A stretch of DNA of 45,581 nt from Vicugna vicugna (lineage: Eukaryota), in NCBI GenBank assembly GCA_013265495.1, contig MU057936.1, positions 385,195 to 430,775 on the forward strand, written 5' to 3'. Positions 12,051 to 24,245 of this stretch are shown here, one piece after another. A program made the translations under genes and the position numbers. The notes beneath the pieces were generated by a model. The model did no database searches and was not told the DNA's origin. It worked only from the letters and a program-made list of their open reading frames with translations. Position 1 is the stretch's first letter, and the number at the start of each line of letters is the position of its first letter.

Positions 12051-12634
12051 CTAAAAAGAGTAGACGAAACACATACGATGTTGTAGTAAAAATAGTGGTG
12101 TTGAAATTTTAAAAGACAACATTCACGAAAAACAAAACAAAACAAAGTACATTTTTTAAAGAAAAAAATTTTTAATAGCAAACAAACTAAAAAGATAGTA
12201 TTTGTTAATAACATGATCCTTCTCAATCTCTACCCACTTTCTCCCTCTGCTGATATTTTTGGAAGTCGACAGGAGATCTTCATATGGTTTATTGGATTTT
12301 TTTTCTCACAATTCTCAGAACAAAGAATAATTGTGCCCCAAGGCTAAAGGAACAATGACACTTCTGCTTATTTTTCTTTCAAAGTGAACTATTGTTTCTG
12401 CTGTGTGCATTCACTGCCTTCCTGATTCTCTTCTAGAGCTTCTCACTGTGTAAAATGTTTGTTGCAAGCCGACATACTGAAATCACAGACTGCAAATATA
12501 TTTGGAGTTTTATTTATCTTGGCAGAACAGGGGCGAGACGCCAAGTCTTTCTATAACTTTCTGATGAAACACGTGAACTTAGTACTGCTTTTCAAATTAA
12601 AGCCTGTGGTGGTAAAATGCCTGTATAAAGTGGC

Positions 12635-13843
12635 TATGCCGAGGGTCTCCAAGACCATCCCCACATTCAGATATTCACTAGAAGGACTCATGGGACTCAT
12701 CATATAGTTGGACACATGACTAAGAATTATTTCAAGGATGTAGTATGAAGATACAGCCAGATATTGAGGGGAAAAGGCACAAGCAGAATCTAGAGGAATC
12801 CACATGATTTCTTTTACCCTCTTCCTGTTACCAAACTAAATTTGAGTCCACTCGCCCACCGAGCAGCAAAGCCAATCTAGGGACTCCGGGTTGTGGTGAA
12901 GGAAAGAACATGATTTATTTGCAGGAGACCAAGCAAGGAGAACAGGCAGCTCATGATCAAAGGCCGGAACTCCTTGATGGCTTTCAGGGGAGGGTTTATA
13001 AAAGCAACATTTAGGGTGAGGGCTACAGGGTACATGACTTTTTTCTGATTGGTTGGTGGTGAGGTAACAGGGTCATGTTTTGGTATTCTTAATCAATCAT
13101 CAATCTTCTGGTTCCAATCAGTCTGGGGTCTACTTGTTTCTGGTCAGCAAGCAAGGTGGGGGGGGTCTTAGTTTCTGCAGAACAACTCAGATATACAACA
13201 GATTATAATGTGTATCTCTTGAGGAGGAACGAAGACTCTGTTTTATCGCTGAACTATTGTTTAAGCTATCATTACTTTTCTTGCTTGACTGCTTTCCCTT
13301 TGTTTCTGCATTCCGTCACTTCCGTAATTAGTAACTGTTTGAGTCTGCTCTTTGGAACTCAGGAAGGACCTAGGAGAGAGACTAAAGCCTTTTTCTTCAG
13401 ACAAGAAATAGGGGACACGGAGAAGATTTTGTTCCCGGGAGGGCCCCATAGGGTCCTGCTCAGTTTCATTCCTCCCATGAGGGGTCACTCAGAGCGCACT
13501 CCTCTCCCAGAAACAAAAATGCGGCAAGACATATGTGATGTTACTACCCAGGGAAGCCCATTAAAGACTTAGTATTTTGGGTTTTTACTGGGGCTGGTCA
13601 CGTAGGTACCCTCTGCCAATCATGTATCAAAATTCCAGACTCCCAGAAGGAAAGCAGAGATTAGCATGAACCACATTGTTTGCACAAACAGTTTAGACAC
13701 AGTGAGCCACCCTTATCAGTCCTGGGACTGGTGAAACCCTCATAAAATCCAAGTTCCCAGATGCCAGCCAAGGTCCAACCTTATAAGCAGACCATTCTTA
13801 GGATTGCAATCTCAGGCATGTTATCTTAACTCTTTTCTGCATA
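12635..13843 (-). mobile_element. MER21-like LTR split by a younger LTR
   Basis: gtctccaagaccatcccc...ttcactagaaggactca, resuming at 13469 with ...aaattccagactcccagaaggaaagcag...ttcccagatgccagccaagg. Confidence 0.75.
12826..13468. mobile_element. ERV1-type solo LTR nested in the MER21-like element
   Basis: TG...CA termini with 4-bp TSD TTCC (12822-12825 / 13469-13472). Confidence 0.85.
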
Positions 13844-14637
13844 GTGGCTAACCAAGCTAGTCTTACAAATAGAAAATTCTTGAATACCAGCAATTTACCT
13901 AAAAATAAATGTTCTTTATATTGTATCCTACCTACCTCAGCAAAGCTATTGTAATAGCAATTTATTTTCTGATTACAAATATAGATTTTCCAGTGTAATT
14001 TATCAGCTTTTCTTTATGAAGGAAATGTAAACTAAAAAGTCACAATAAAAAACAATTGATCTTAACATTCTTCCATCAAAGGTCTCATTAACCAGCTTGT
14101 CAAGGTATTCAATTAACAGGATATTGGAATTAATCAGAGTTAAAATGTAATTTCTCTCTGATCCTGTTGAAAACTAAAAGCCTATTATGACATTTTGGCT
14201 ACGATAAGTCTCCTGGCAGGCCCAGAGGTTCGCTTGTTAATAGGTGAGTTAAAGCTACAGCACATTCTTCGCTATTCATCTCTACTTTTTACTAAAGAAG
14301 CCTTTGACATACCTATCAACTTAACTCAAGTTTTTAATCGTTATTTCTCCTTTAATATTAAGAATTCAGCTGCTTATCTTTAAGCACACTTTTTTTTTCA
14401 TCCTTTTAACCTACTAAAGCCTACTACTCAATTTTTATATACTTTAAACATAGACATCACTGTATTGGACTCATTCTTCTAGTGGGTAGGTGACAATTAT
14501 GCTTCTGGGTAAATTATACCTGCTTTATCTCATTGGGATGTATTTTATCTGGCCTGAAGTAACTCTGTTTTTGTTTTATTTATTCATGGATTCCATGTAG
14601 ACAAGTTCAGCAGTATAATCAAAACTGCCCTATTTCA

Positions 14638-14752
14638 GGGGGAGGGTAATAGCTCAGTGGTAGGGCATGTGCTTAGCATGCACCAGGTCCTGAGTTCAAT
14701 CCCCAATACCTCCATTAAAAAAGAAAGAAAGAAAAGAAATTCATTAAAAAAA
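14638..14752 (+). mobile_element. Camelid-type tRNA-derived SINE (short form)
   Basis: ggggagggtaatagctcagtggtag (A box)...gagttcaatcccc (B box), A-rich tail, degenerate TSD ...tg(c/t)cctatttca. Confidence 0.9.
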
Positions 14753-14794
14753 ATAATTGTCCTATTTCACTTTGGAGGGCTTGGTCAGAGCCTG

Positions 14795-15012
14795 AGCATA
14801 GAGTGGTATTAGGAGTGCTGATTCTGGTGGCAGGGAGACGGGGATTTGAATGCAGTCTCTGCCACTTACTGTGTGACCCTGGTGAAGTCTCAGCCTCTCC
14901 TCAGCCTCTAAATGTGTAAAATACTGGGGGGATAATAGCTCCTCCTTCTGAGCATTAAAAGAATGAAATAAGTATATAAAACTTAGTAAATTAAGATATT
15001 GTTTATTATTGT
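14795..15012 (+). mobile_element. MIR SINE
   Basis: gggatttgaatgcagtctctgccacttactgtgtgaccctgg...ctcagcctc...tgtaaaat. Confidence 0.7.
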
Positions 15013-16015
15013 TACTCTCATTCCATGACTATGGATAATTCAGAGCTGGCTTTAAATGCAAACATTGGATTATACAGCTGGAATTACCAAGGTTAACTAA
15101 AAAAAACAAAACTATAGTCCATGCTTTCGACCTAATAATCTTGATAGACATTATCAAAAATATACTTAGTCAAAGTCCATTTTTAAGGAGTTACTTTGAC
15201 CTAAAGCAACTGGAATACATATATGCATACATTGAACACCAGGAGCAGAAGACTACAGAAAAATATACTTTAGGAGTTATATATCAGAAAATTTAAGATA
15301 ATATGAACAACTCAGGAAAAAGACTCCACTTTGCTCTCTACTGTTCTAAAATTGGAATGAGATTGATCTCTTTATGTAGTTCTTTCTTAGACAATTGAAA
15401 TGTTTGAAAATTGTATCATTCTCTTGTGGATATGGTTTTGGAAAAGTATACTAATGCTGTAAATATTAAAGACTGAAACAAATTCACTGTATGTAATTTG
15501 CACCTAGGGTTGAGATGATTCATTTCAGGTTGATTTGTGTTTTTTCTACAGTTAAAACAGTAAGTATTTTAAATTATTTCTTCTGAAGCAACAGTTTATA
15601 ATGTTTGTGTTTTTTAGGATATGGCCTCAAAGGTTTAATGTATGCTATGGAAATTAAGCATAGACACCTGACTTGCTTTCACCAAAGAAATGTGAAGAGA
15701 AGCCGCTCATCTCTGGACTACAGCTTTAAGAGCCAGTACATGATTTGCCTTGTCTCCTTCACGTACCGTGGTGACAGTACAGCTGCTCTCCAGATACTGG
15801 CTGCTCCAACAGCTTAAGCCAGCCAGAGAAGAGAGCTATGGAGTAGGGACTCAGCCCCTCCCCCCATGACAGACTGGCTATGTGAGCAAGAAATGAGCCC
15901 CTACTGACATACACTGTTACAATGCTGGGCTTCTTTGTTACTGTACAAGGTGTTGCCTATTTGGATGGATATAGTCTGTACATTAGGTTGGAATGATTTA
16001 AAATGTATTTTTGCT

Positions 16016-16167
16016 GGGGGAAGGATATAGCTCAAGTGCTAGAGCACATGCCTGGCATGCATGAAGTCGTGGGTTGAATCCCCAGTACCTCTTCTAAGAA
16101 TAGATAAATAAATAAACCTAATGACCTCCCCCCCCAAAATGAAAAATAAATAAATGAAAAATAAAAT
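16016..16167 (+). mobile_element. Camelid-type tRNA-derived SINE (long form)
   Basis: A/B boxes, extra aacctaatgacctccccc module, TSD ~atgt(a/g)tttttgct. Confidence 0.9.
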
Positions 16168-16259
16168 AATATGTGTTTTTGCTAATTTCTGCGTTTTGCA
16201 TTTCTAAGTGCTAAAAGGCCACATTTCCAGGTTATTAAAGTAATTCTTTGTTATTCTTT

Positions 16260-16856
16260 TGCTAGAGCAGGCGGGTAGCTAGAGATAAGCAGAGAAAGGG
16301 GGACATGGGCCAAATGGCAGGAAACCATACATCTAGTGAACAACAGGGGTCCCTGGACAGATCAAGAAAAGCAGGACCCTCTGGACTGATAAGAAACCAT
16401 TCTGGAGGCAGGCAAAGAAAGGTGGGACAAGACAGGAATCTCCACCATCCGAATGTAACCTTTCACTCATTATGGCCTCCATCTAAACGTAATCTTTTGC
16501 TTATGATACCCCATCCGAATGTAACTTTTGGTTCATTACGACCTCATCTAACTTCCCAATCAAGACTAAATAAGAAAAAAAAATCCCTCCTCCCCTCTAA
16601 GGTGGAATTGGGATGAAGATCAGGAAAGATGACCCCAAACTCCTCCCTGCAAATGAATATTCTGCCCATTCATTTTTACACCCATATAACAAGCTTGCCA
16701 AAGAAATTCAGGGCAGCCACCCACCTGGGTCTGCCCGCTCCTTCCTTGAGAGCATACTACCTATCCCTTAATAAATCCTTGCTTTGCTTTCTTGACCCCT
16801 GTGTCTCATTTCTGAATTCTTTCTGTGAAGAGACAAGAACCTGCTCACTGGCAACA
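16260..16856 (+). mobile_element. ERV1-type solo LTR, well preserved
   Basis: TG...CA termini, TSD CTTT (16256-16259 / 16857-16860), ATATAA at 16684, AATAAA at 16770, internal ~41-bp repeats. Confidence 0.9.
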
Positions 16857-17087
16857 CTTTCACTTTCCTGCCATTTCATTAATGAACTCATGGTCAATGA
16901 GAGAAGACAGGAGGTACTGTGTGTGCAGATGGGTGTGGCATTTTGGGGAATCAGTGTTCACTTCACCTCCAATCAACAGCCTCTGTCTTCTCCCCTACTT
17001 ATGCTCATCAGGCATGTGGTACATGGTGGGTGAGGGGTGGGAAGTGGGAGGAGGTAAAAGATTCAAGGCAAGGAAAATCACCCACAA

Positions 17088-17285
17088 CAGCAATAATAAT
17101 TTTCATTTGTTGTGTGCCTATACTATGTAGGGCACAGTTTTAAGTGCTTGACATTTATGAACTCATTTAGTCCTTAAAATTACCCAATGACGTAAGAACT
17201 ATATTTACATTTCACAGATGAGGCACTGAGATGCTAACTGACTTACCCAAGCTTACAGAATTTGGAAATGGCAGAACTGGGATAT
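17088..17285 (-). mobile_element. MIR SINE
   Basis: catttgttgtgtgcctatactatg...catttcacagatgaggcactgag...tgacttacccaag. Confidence 0.75.
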
Positions 17286-17716
17286 AAGCAGCTCTCAAGG
17301 AACACGTTTTAGGAGTTGCTACTTGGGTCTGTCAAAATTCGAATGCAAAAATATCAAGGAAAGCCATTTCTTTTGGCCGTAGAGCTTCCAGATCAACCAA
17401 AAACAACAACAACACAAAGGAAAATAAACACACACTTAACAGAGTCTCAGTGAAAGGGAGTCAATTAGTATATAGTTAAGAAAGATAAAGATGACAAAGC
17501 CTCAGTGCCTTTAACACAGTTCGCACCTCTCTTTAGAAGCCAGGCAGATGTCTGAGTTCAACTATGTCCTTGACCTTTTCCACTCCCTCTGCCTCCCACA
17601 TTCACTCACAATAAATTCTTTCACTCTCTGATGGGCTAGGCAGCTTGCCAGTCTCATATCCAAGTTCAAAGGAGAAGCTCACTGTAGTGAGGGCTTACTG
17701 TTGCTAAGACCCTTAC

Positions 17717-17871
17717 TTTTCTTCAGCACCAGTCATTTAGCAGCCAAATTGGTAACACTGCCCTCCACTCCCTGGGTCATGAATGAAACGCTGACAAACC
17801 TCAAGGGCTTCAGTTGAATGATTTAGGAATATAGTCAACTCAGGTCGGAAATGGGAAGTGAAGATTCTTTC
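17717..17871 (-). other. Weak candidate exon
   Basis: Donor AAA|GTAAGG at 17717/17716; acceptor uncertain; frame ERIFTSHFRPELTIFLNHSTEALEVCQRFIHDPGSGGQCYQFGC*MTGAEE. Confidence 0.2.
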
Positions 17872-17934
17872 CTGAGTGGCTTTCACCAGGAGGAGAGAAA
17901 TGATGTAGCCGATCAGATCTCTTGGGGAATGTGG

Positions 17935-18437
17935 GCTCATTATAAACAAATGAATCCAGAAAAGCAAAAGAGGAAGGCAGAAAGTCAGAGAGATGCAGCA
18001 GTAGAGGAGATTGGAGGAGTGATGCTGAAGAGGGGCAGGTCAGAGAGATTCCAAGTGTGAGAGGTAATCAACCCGCTCTTGTTGCCTTTGAAGATAAAAG
18101 GGACCACAAACCAGGGAATGTGGGCAGCTTCCAGAAGCTGCAAACGATTCTCAGACAACAGCCAGGAAGGAAATGGAAGCCTCAGTCCTAAAACAGCATG
18201 AAACTGAATTCTGCTAAAAACCTGAATGTGCCTAGAAGGGGAATATCTCCCAGAGCCTCCAGATAAGTGTGCAGGGCTGCCAATACCTTGATTACAGCCT
18301 TATGGGACCCAGAGTAGAAAAACCTGCTGATCCAATCCAGACTTTTGACCTGCAGAACTATGAGATAATAAATTTCTGTTGTTTTCAGTTGCTAAGTTTG
18401 TGACAATCTTCTATGTCAGCAATAGAAAACTCATACA
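17935..18437 (+). mobile_element. MaLR LTR (MLT1D-like)
   Basis: gggaatgtgggcagcttccagaagctg...aactgaattctgc...agaactatgagataataaattt...caatagaaaactcataca. Confidence 0.85.
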
Positions 18438-18984
18438 GGGCGTAACAGAAATCAAAAGGAAATATCCATTTAAAAAGCTATTCGAGTATGTATTTTGGAA
18501 AAAGGGAAAGTCCCAGATAACAAAGCAAACAGAAGAGGAGCCACAGTCTTCATTAAGAAAAGGATGATTCTGAGTATATGTAAATGGCTGAAAGGATTTG
18601 TTCAAGATAGTAAAGCATTAAGGATCCTTTTTGTTAGGTGACTTTTTAACTTAACTTATAATTACCTGGCTGCTACCCTCTTCAGCCCCAGTTTATAAAG
18701 CTAGATTTCTGTTTTGGATGCCATTCTACATTTCTGCTCTGGTCAACCTTCTAGTCTCCAAGTCTTCTTGTAGGAGCAGCAACTCTACTGCGCTCTTTGT
18801 AGGAAACTGGTACCCTGCTCCTGAATATCAGAGACTGATGGACTATAGCTCCAAGACTGACCTTCCAGATGCCAATGCTCTTCTCTACCACCATTTCTGA
18901 GCCTCAGCTGCTTCATATGGGTGAGTGTTTTTTGCCTAAACCATAATTGGAGAAGGCTCTACCCCTGAGGGAGCAGCCTCTCAA

Positions 18985-19920
18985 TTAAGATGTATTTACT
19001 GAGCTTCTCCTCTGTGTACAGTTTCCATAAATGTAATCATCCAACACTTTGCACAATGAAGGGAGTGCAGTTAATAATCATGCCAGGTCAACAGGCATCA
19101 CTGGGACTGTCCAAACCAGTATGGATGCTTGTCCGGTTATATTCTAAGTGCTATTTCAGGGGCTTGGATTAGAGCAGTGAACAGCATAGACATGGTAAAA
19201 ATCAGTGTCTTCTTGGAGCTTACACCCCACCCCCAAAACAGTTGGAATAATCCTCCCACTGGTTAGCCTATAAAATTACCCAGCCTCAAAAAACTAACCA
19301 CCTCCACACTTTGGGGCCACCTCTCTTGCCTTCTGAGATGGCCCGCACTCTGTCTACGGAGTGTGTATCTCCCTGAATAAATCTATTTCCACTTTACTAT
19401 GGAATGTGTATCTCCTTGGGCCCCTCTCCCTTCTGAGACAAACCGCATTCTTTCTATGGAATGTGTATCTCTCTAAATAAACTTGCTTTCACTTTACTAT
19501 GGCTTGCTCTTGAATTCTTTCCTGTGCAAGACAAGAACACACTCTCCAGTAACATAAGTATGTATGTGCGATTGGAGTGTCCAGAGGGTGCTAATTAAAA
19601 TGTGGTGCTTGAGGTAAGCCTCAGTGAGATGACTTCTAAGCAAAGACTTGTGGAAGATGAGCGAGGGTGCCATAGGAAATCTGGGGGAAGAGAATTCCAG
19701 GTGCATCTGTATGGCCCAAGAGGATGGTGTGAGAGAGGTGGAGAGTAATAGGAGAAGAGGTTGAGAGATAAGAGGAGAGCCAGGGTCAGATCAAGGAGGG
19801 CTTTTTGGGCCATCGTGAAGACTTTGTCTTTCCTCTGAGTGAAATGAGAACCTGAGGGAATGTGTGACATGATCTGATCCAATTTCAACAGGATCCCTCC
19901 AGCTGCTGTGTTGGGGCCAG
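18985..19920 (+). mobile_element. L2 fragments interrupted by other elements
   Basis: tatttactgagc...gcagtgaaca...ggagcttaca; gggaagagaattccagg...gacatgatctga. Confidence 0.6.
19225..19553 (+). mobile_element. ERV LTR 3' part with internal duplication
   Basis: tataaaa, repeated ggaatgtgtatctc...aataaa...cactttactatgg; ends ...gtaaca. Confidence 0.7.
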
Positions 19921-20193
19921 GAAGGAGGCAGCAAGACTCATGTCTTGCTCACTCAGATAACAAAAGAACAAACCTCATAGGACCTCACAGACCCTGGCAC
20001 ATATGGCCCCTCCCTCTGCCCCACAAGCCATCAGAACCCACAAGCCTGTGCCCATAGGAGCCCCCTTCTGCCAGTCCACCAGGCTGTGAGTAGAAAGCTA
20101 CAGTTGCTCTGACAGTTGCCAAGAGTCAAGATGAGACATGAACCAAAGCTACAAATATGTTTGTCATACAAATGAGGAAAAATCATGGCTTAC

Positions 20194-20400
20194 CATCCTG
20201 ACATGTGAGTTTCATAGGGGTTATTTGCTCTGGAAATTAAAACTTCCATAGAACAGCTATACAAAATATGTAGGTGTCCTGGTACATGTGCTAAGCCAAG
20301 CAGAAAACATCATGCCTGAGTCTTTCTTTTGTTTCAGCAAAAAGGAGAAGCGTGACCTCTCATCCAGCCTTTCGCAGTGACAGAAGTTGCAAGAAGCTGC
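20194..20400 (-). other. Candidate internal exon (207 nt; alternative acceptor at 20290)
   Basis: Acceptor ctctgtgtttctcgtgtcttcacttggctacag|, donor ATG|GTAAGC; all three full-length frames have 2-3 stops. Confidence 0.45.
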
Positions 20401-20898
20401 CTGTAGCCAAGTGAAGACACGAGAAACACAGAGATTTATTGTAACTTAATTTGCTGATGACAAGGAGGAAGATTTTTCCTGAAGTGTGAAGTTATGAGAC
20501 CTAAGCGAAATTAACATCTGTGAGCATCCTGCCACCATCCCCTCCTGCACTGTGATGGAAAGGTAGCCCTTGATGCTACTATATCATGCAGATGTAGAAA
20601 TATGATGCTCACTTCTCAGGCAAAAACCAAAAAAGCTAAACAAATCCGGGCCAAAGTTAATAAACAATCATTTCAAATGTTTGGCTTGCATCCAATGCTC
20701 ACAGCATTCAACTTTTTCTGCTGTACTCATTTTCCTCTTTGTTCTAAATAATGACCACCATAGAAGTCTCTGGTTTCCTGAACTGAAAGTCAGGCGTATG
20801 AGAAGCTTTATTTCGAATGCAGCTTCTGTCTTTTGTCATGCAGTCATTCAACTACAAAAATCGTCCTGTCATTTTTCTGCAGAAGGAATCTGCAACCA

Positions 20899-21028
20899 TT
20901 GGGCAGGGGGTATATGGGAAATTTCTGTACCTTTCTCAATTTTTCTGCAAAACTAAAACTGCTCAGAAAAAAAAAAAAAAACAACCCACAGATTTAAAAA
21001 AAAAATCCTCACCAAAAAAAAAAAAAAA
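20899..21028 (+). mobile_element. Very short L1-3'-end retroposition with long A tail
   Basis: ggggtatatgggaaatttctgtacc...aactaaaactgctc followed by A tracts; perfect 13-bp TSD gaatctgcaacca. Confidence 0.85.
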
Positions 21029-21173
21029 GAATCTGCAACCAGTGACCACACCTGAACCCTACAATGTTTCCCTGGGGCTTTTCAATTGAAGAGTCCCATT
21101 TCCTCCACACTTTTACATTTTGCGGCCCAGAGTATGTTGTTGATATTAAATCTCTACAAGGTATAGTAAAGGA

Positions 21174-21635
21174 TGTCAACCAAAAGAAAAAGCAGGAAAA
21201 GCTGCAAATAAGAAGAGAGTCTATTTGGGGTCTTAAGAATTACAATTCAGGAGACTCATATTTAGATAACCCCTAAAAAAGTGCTCTGAAAAAGAGTCAA
21301 GAGCTTTTACAGACAAAACCCCACAAGGTCGTTAAAAGTTGCCTGGCAAGAACTGTGACTGACTCTGACTCGGAAAATATTTGTCCTTAAGGAATCACAA
21401 GTTGTTTTAGGGTAGGGGTCTGGTAAGTAGATAGACTGTCATGAGTTATTTTAGTGTAAGGGTCAGATAAGAATCTTGAGTTTCTGGCATATGTTCTGGG
21501 TGACTTCATTAGGTCAAAAGATCAGATTCCATCCAGGCTGAGACATGCCTAAGTCAGGATTCCTTAATGGGTTCCTGGCTCCATTTTTGAGAGCTCTCTT
21601 AGCAATACCAACTCCATTTTGATTTGCCTTTCACA
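21174..21635 (-). mobile_element. ERV solo LTR
   Basis: tgtcaacc...tcaca termini; repeated ctccattttg (caaaatggag) motif typical of ERV1 LTRs. Confidence 0.65.
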
Positions 21636-21739
21636 AAGGTTAAGGTCCTAGAAATTGTTTTCACTTTGGTTTAGAAAAGCACTTCGTGTGTGTGTGTGTC
21701 ACAAAAAAATGATTCAAAGATTTTGATATAAGGAGCATT

Positions 21740-22180
21740 TCATTCATTTAACAAATACTTATTAAGAACATTCTTGTGGAGGGATAGGCAGTAAACTCTA
21801 AGCATAATAACTTGATTATTTATTGATAGTGTCTATCATCTATCAATTGCTCAATCAGTTGTTACCAATCCATCTACCTTACAGCATGAAAAATGCTAGA
21901 GAAAGGAGAAAATTAAAGTAGATAAGGAGTTTGGGGAGTGCGTATAGATACGAACTGCATATTTTAAAGGAAAGGACAGGACAGGCTGGGCCTTATGCAG
22001 AAGGTGAATTTTGAGAAAATGCCTTCCAAAGGAGAGGAAGCAAGCAATGGGGATGTTTAGAGGAAGAGGGCTCCAGACAGACGGACTGGCCAGCACAGAG
22101 ACCCGGGAATGTCGGAATTATCTGAGGAACAGTGAGGAGGTCAGCATGGCAAGAAGGGAGTGGGGCCAAAGGGAGGGAGT
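21740..22180 (+). mobile_element. L2 fragment
   Basis: tcattcatttaacaaatacttatt...tgaggaacagtgaggaggtcagcatggc. Confidence 0.6.
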
Positions 22181-22445
22181 GGTACCAGTGTCAGAGCAGG
22201 GGTGGACCCAGGTTCTGTGGGGCCCGAGTCCTACACAATTAAAAGAAAGAATTCAAAGGTATAAATACACAATTAGATACCAAATCAAAGATTTATGTAG
22301 AATGACAAAAAAAACTGCAATAAATCACAAACCTTGAAAAGCTAACACCACACACATCAAAAATCCTGATGTACGGCATGATATTTAATTGGCTGTGCTG
22401 CATTTTCATGTATGTTCCCGAGTGTAGGAGTGACATGATTTGACT

Positions 22446-23145
22446 TACCGAATTTTATCACTTTCTTCCCATACATTTTATCATGTCTGAGATTGGGGTT
22501 GTTGGGATTATCTTTGTAGAAATTATTACAATACTCATCTGCCAGGAGGCAGCTCAGTTGTCACTGCCTGCACAGAGGAACTTGTTCGGGAAAGTTTTTA
22601 TTTTCTTCCCTTTAGGCGAGTTCTGTGCATTATCAGCACTACACATGTTGAGTTTAATTGCTTTCTAAAATGCCTTCTAAAAAGATTATATGATGATTTG
22701 GTACTGAAACAAAAAGTGAAGGTACAATAGAAAGGGAAACACAGAGCAGCAATGTAAAAATTTGATACTAGTGAAATGAATGTTCATTATCAGAGGAATG
22801 ATTGAAAATCCGTAATTTCTTGCAAATTACCAAGTGAGTGCTTTAGAAGACCAAAGAAAATATATCAACAAGTAGATGGACCTGGGTTTTGTTTAGTTCA
22901 TGATATATATCCAAAAGGATTGTCGATGATTACATCAAACAATGAGTCTAGATGCAGTAAAGTGTCAGATATTCTTGAATTGTGAAGTATCTTCAAAAGA
23001 GATAGATTATGGTGAGACTAAGTGATGTTTTGCAGAAGATTATTATTAAGGCAAAGTGTCATAGTTTAGTTCGTGGAAATGTCACTTACTTATACATAAA
23101 ATAAGGCTACTTCTTACAATCAATGACATCTTAGATTCAATAATA
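22446..23145 (+). mobile_element. Tigger-family DNA transposon relic (Tigger13a-like)
   Basis: Ends taccgaatttt... and ...cttacaatcaatgacatcttagattcaat; degenerate transposase start atgccttctaaaaag. Confidence 0.55.
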
Positions 23146-23149
23146 GACA

Positions 23150-24100
23150 GAAAGTTTAACAAGATCACTCTTGGTTTGAATAAACCCTAATAGGGCAAGG
23201 ACAGCAGCCGGGATGCCATTTACCAGACGATTATGGGGATCCTGGTGGCTTGGAGGGGGTGGTAAGAGTACAGGTGGTGAGAAGTGGTCAGACTGAGGAC
23301 GTCTAGAAGGTAAAGCAAATAGGATTGGATATAGAGTACGAAGGAAAGAAACATAAGAAAGACTACTTCAAGCCTTTTGATTTGAGCAACTGGAGAAGTG
23401 ACAATGACATCAGCAGAGATGGGTGCACGGAACTTGGCATAAGAGACTGTGGGGACAACATCAGAAGTTCACTCTTGAGCAAGTTATGTGTGAGACAGAT
23501 GTCTATTAACCAGTGGAAAGGCACAATACGTGGGTCCAGATGCTGGCAGGTCAGGAGATGAGGTGGGAGCCTGTGAAGTCCACTTCTGATTCCTACGACT
23601 TCCTCAGTGTAGTTGGAAGCGGGTCACTAGCTGAGGGCGGGGATGGGGGAGAAGGCGTCAGAAGCCTGAAGAGAGATGATAAGGTATGAAATAGTCATCT
23701 AGGACTTTGCTCCTTGAGGGTCACCAGTGTCGTAGCTTACCTGGAAGCTTGTTAGAAACAAGAGGCTCTCATACTCCATGGTGAGATCAAAAAGTATGTT
23801 TATCTTAATTCCTAGCTAATTTATAGCACACTAAAGTTTGAAATACACTTTGGGGAGAGTGACTAGATTGGGGAAGAATAATTTGATGGCCCAGCTGTAT
23901 TAAGGGCCCACATGAGGTTTGCAGCATGAATTTAAAGAGAGACCCATCTGCATGGTGGTGAATTTTACTTCAGCCAAAGGCACTAGCAGAGCACAGCTGC
24001 AGAGGAGGCAGAGAGCTGGCTGTGACCAGGGTTCTGGTTGTTTCAAGGAAGAACATCTGAATGAGAATGAGTCAGGGGAATCAAGGACATAAGGAAATTC
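23150..24100 (+). mobile_element. L2 fragments with a MER5-like insert (~23700-23830)
   Basis: aagatcactct...ggtgagaagtggtcagact...tttgagcaactgg; acctggaagcttgttagaaa. Confidence 0.55.
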
Positions 24101-24120
24101 AATGCATAAAGATGCGGTGG

Positions 24121-24245
24121 TGAGGAGAGGTTACAGCTCAGTGGTAGAGTGCGTGTTTAGCATGCACCAAGGTCCTAGCTTCTGTCCCTGGTACCTCCAT
24201 TACAATTTTTTTTTGAAAGATTTAAAAAAATGATACCATTTAAAA
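24121..24245 (+). mobile_element. Camelid-type tRNA-derived SINE (diverged)
   Basis: agctcagtggtagagtgcgtgtttagcatgcac...gtacctccatta; TSD ~atg(c/t)ggtgg. Confidence 0.85.

Noticed and set aside
14638..14715. tRNA genes (here and at 16016, 24121, 41439)
   Set aside because: A-rich tails, TSDs on three of the four copies and substitutions that break the cloverleaf mark them as SINEs.
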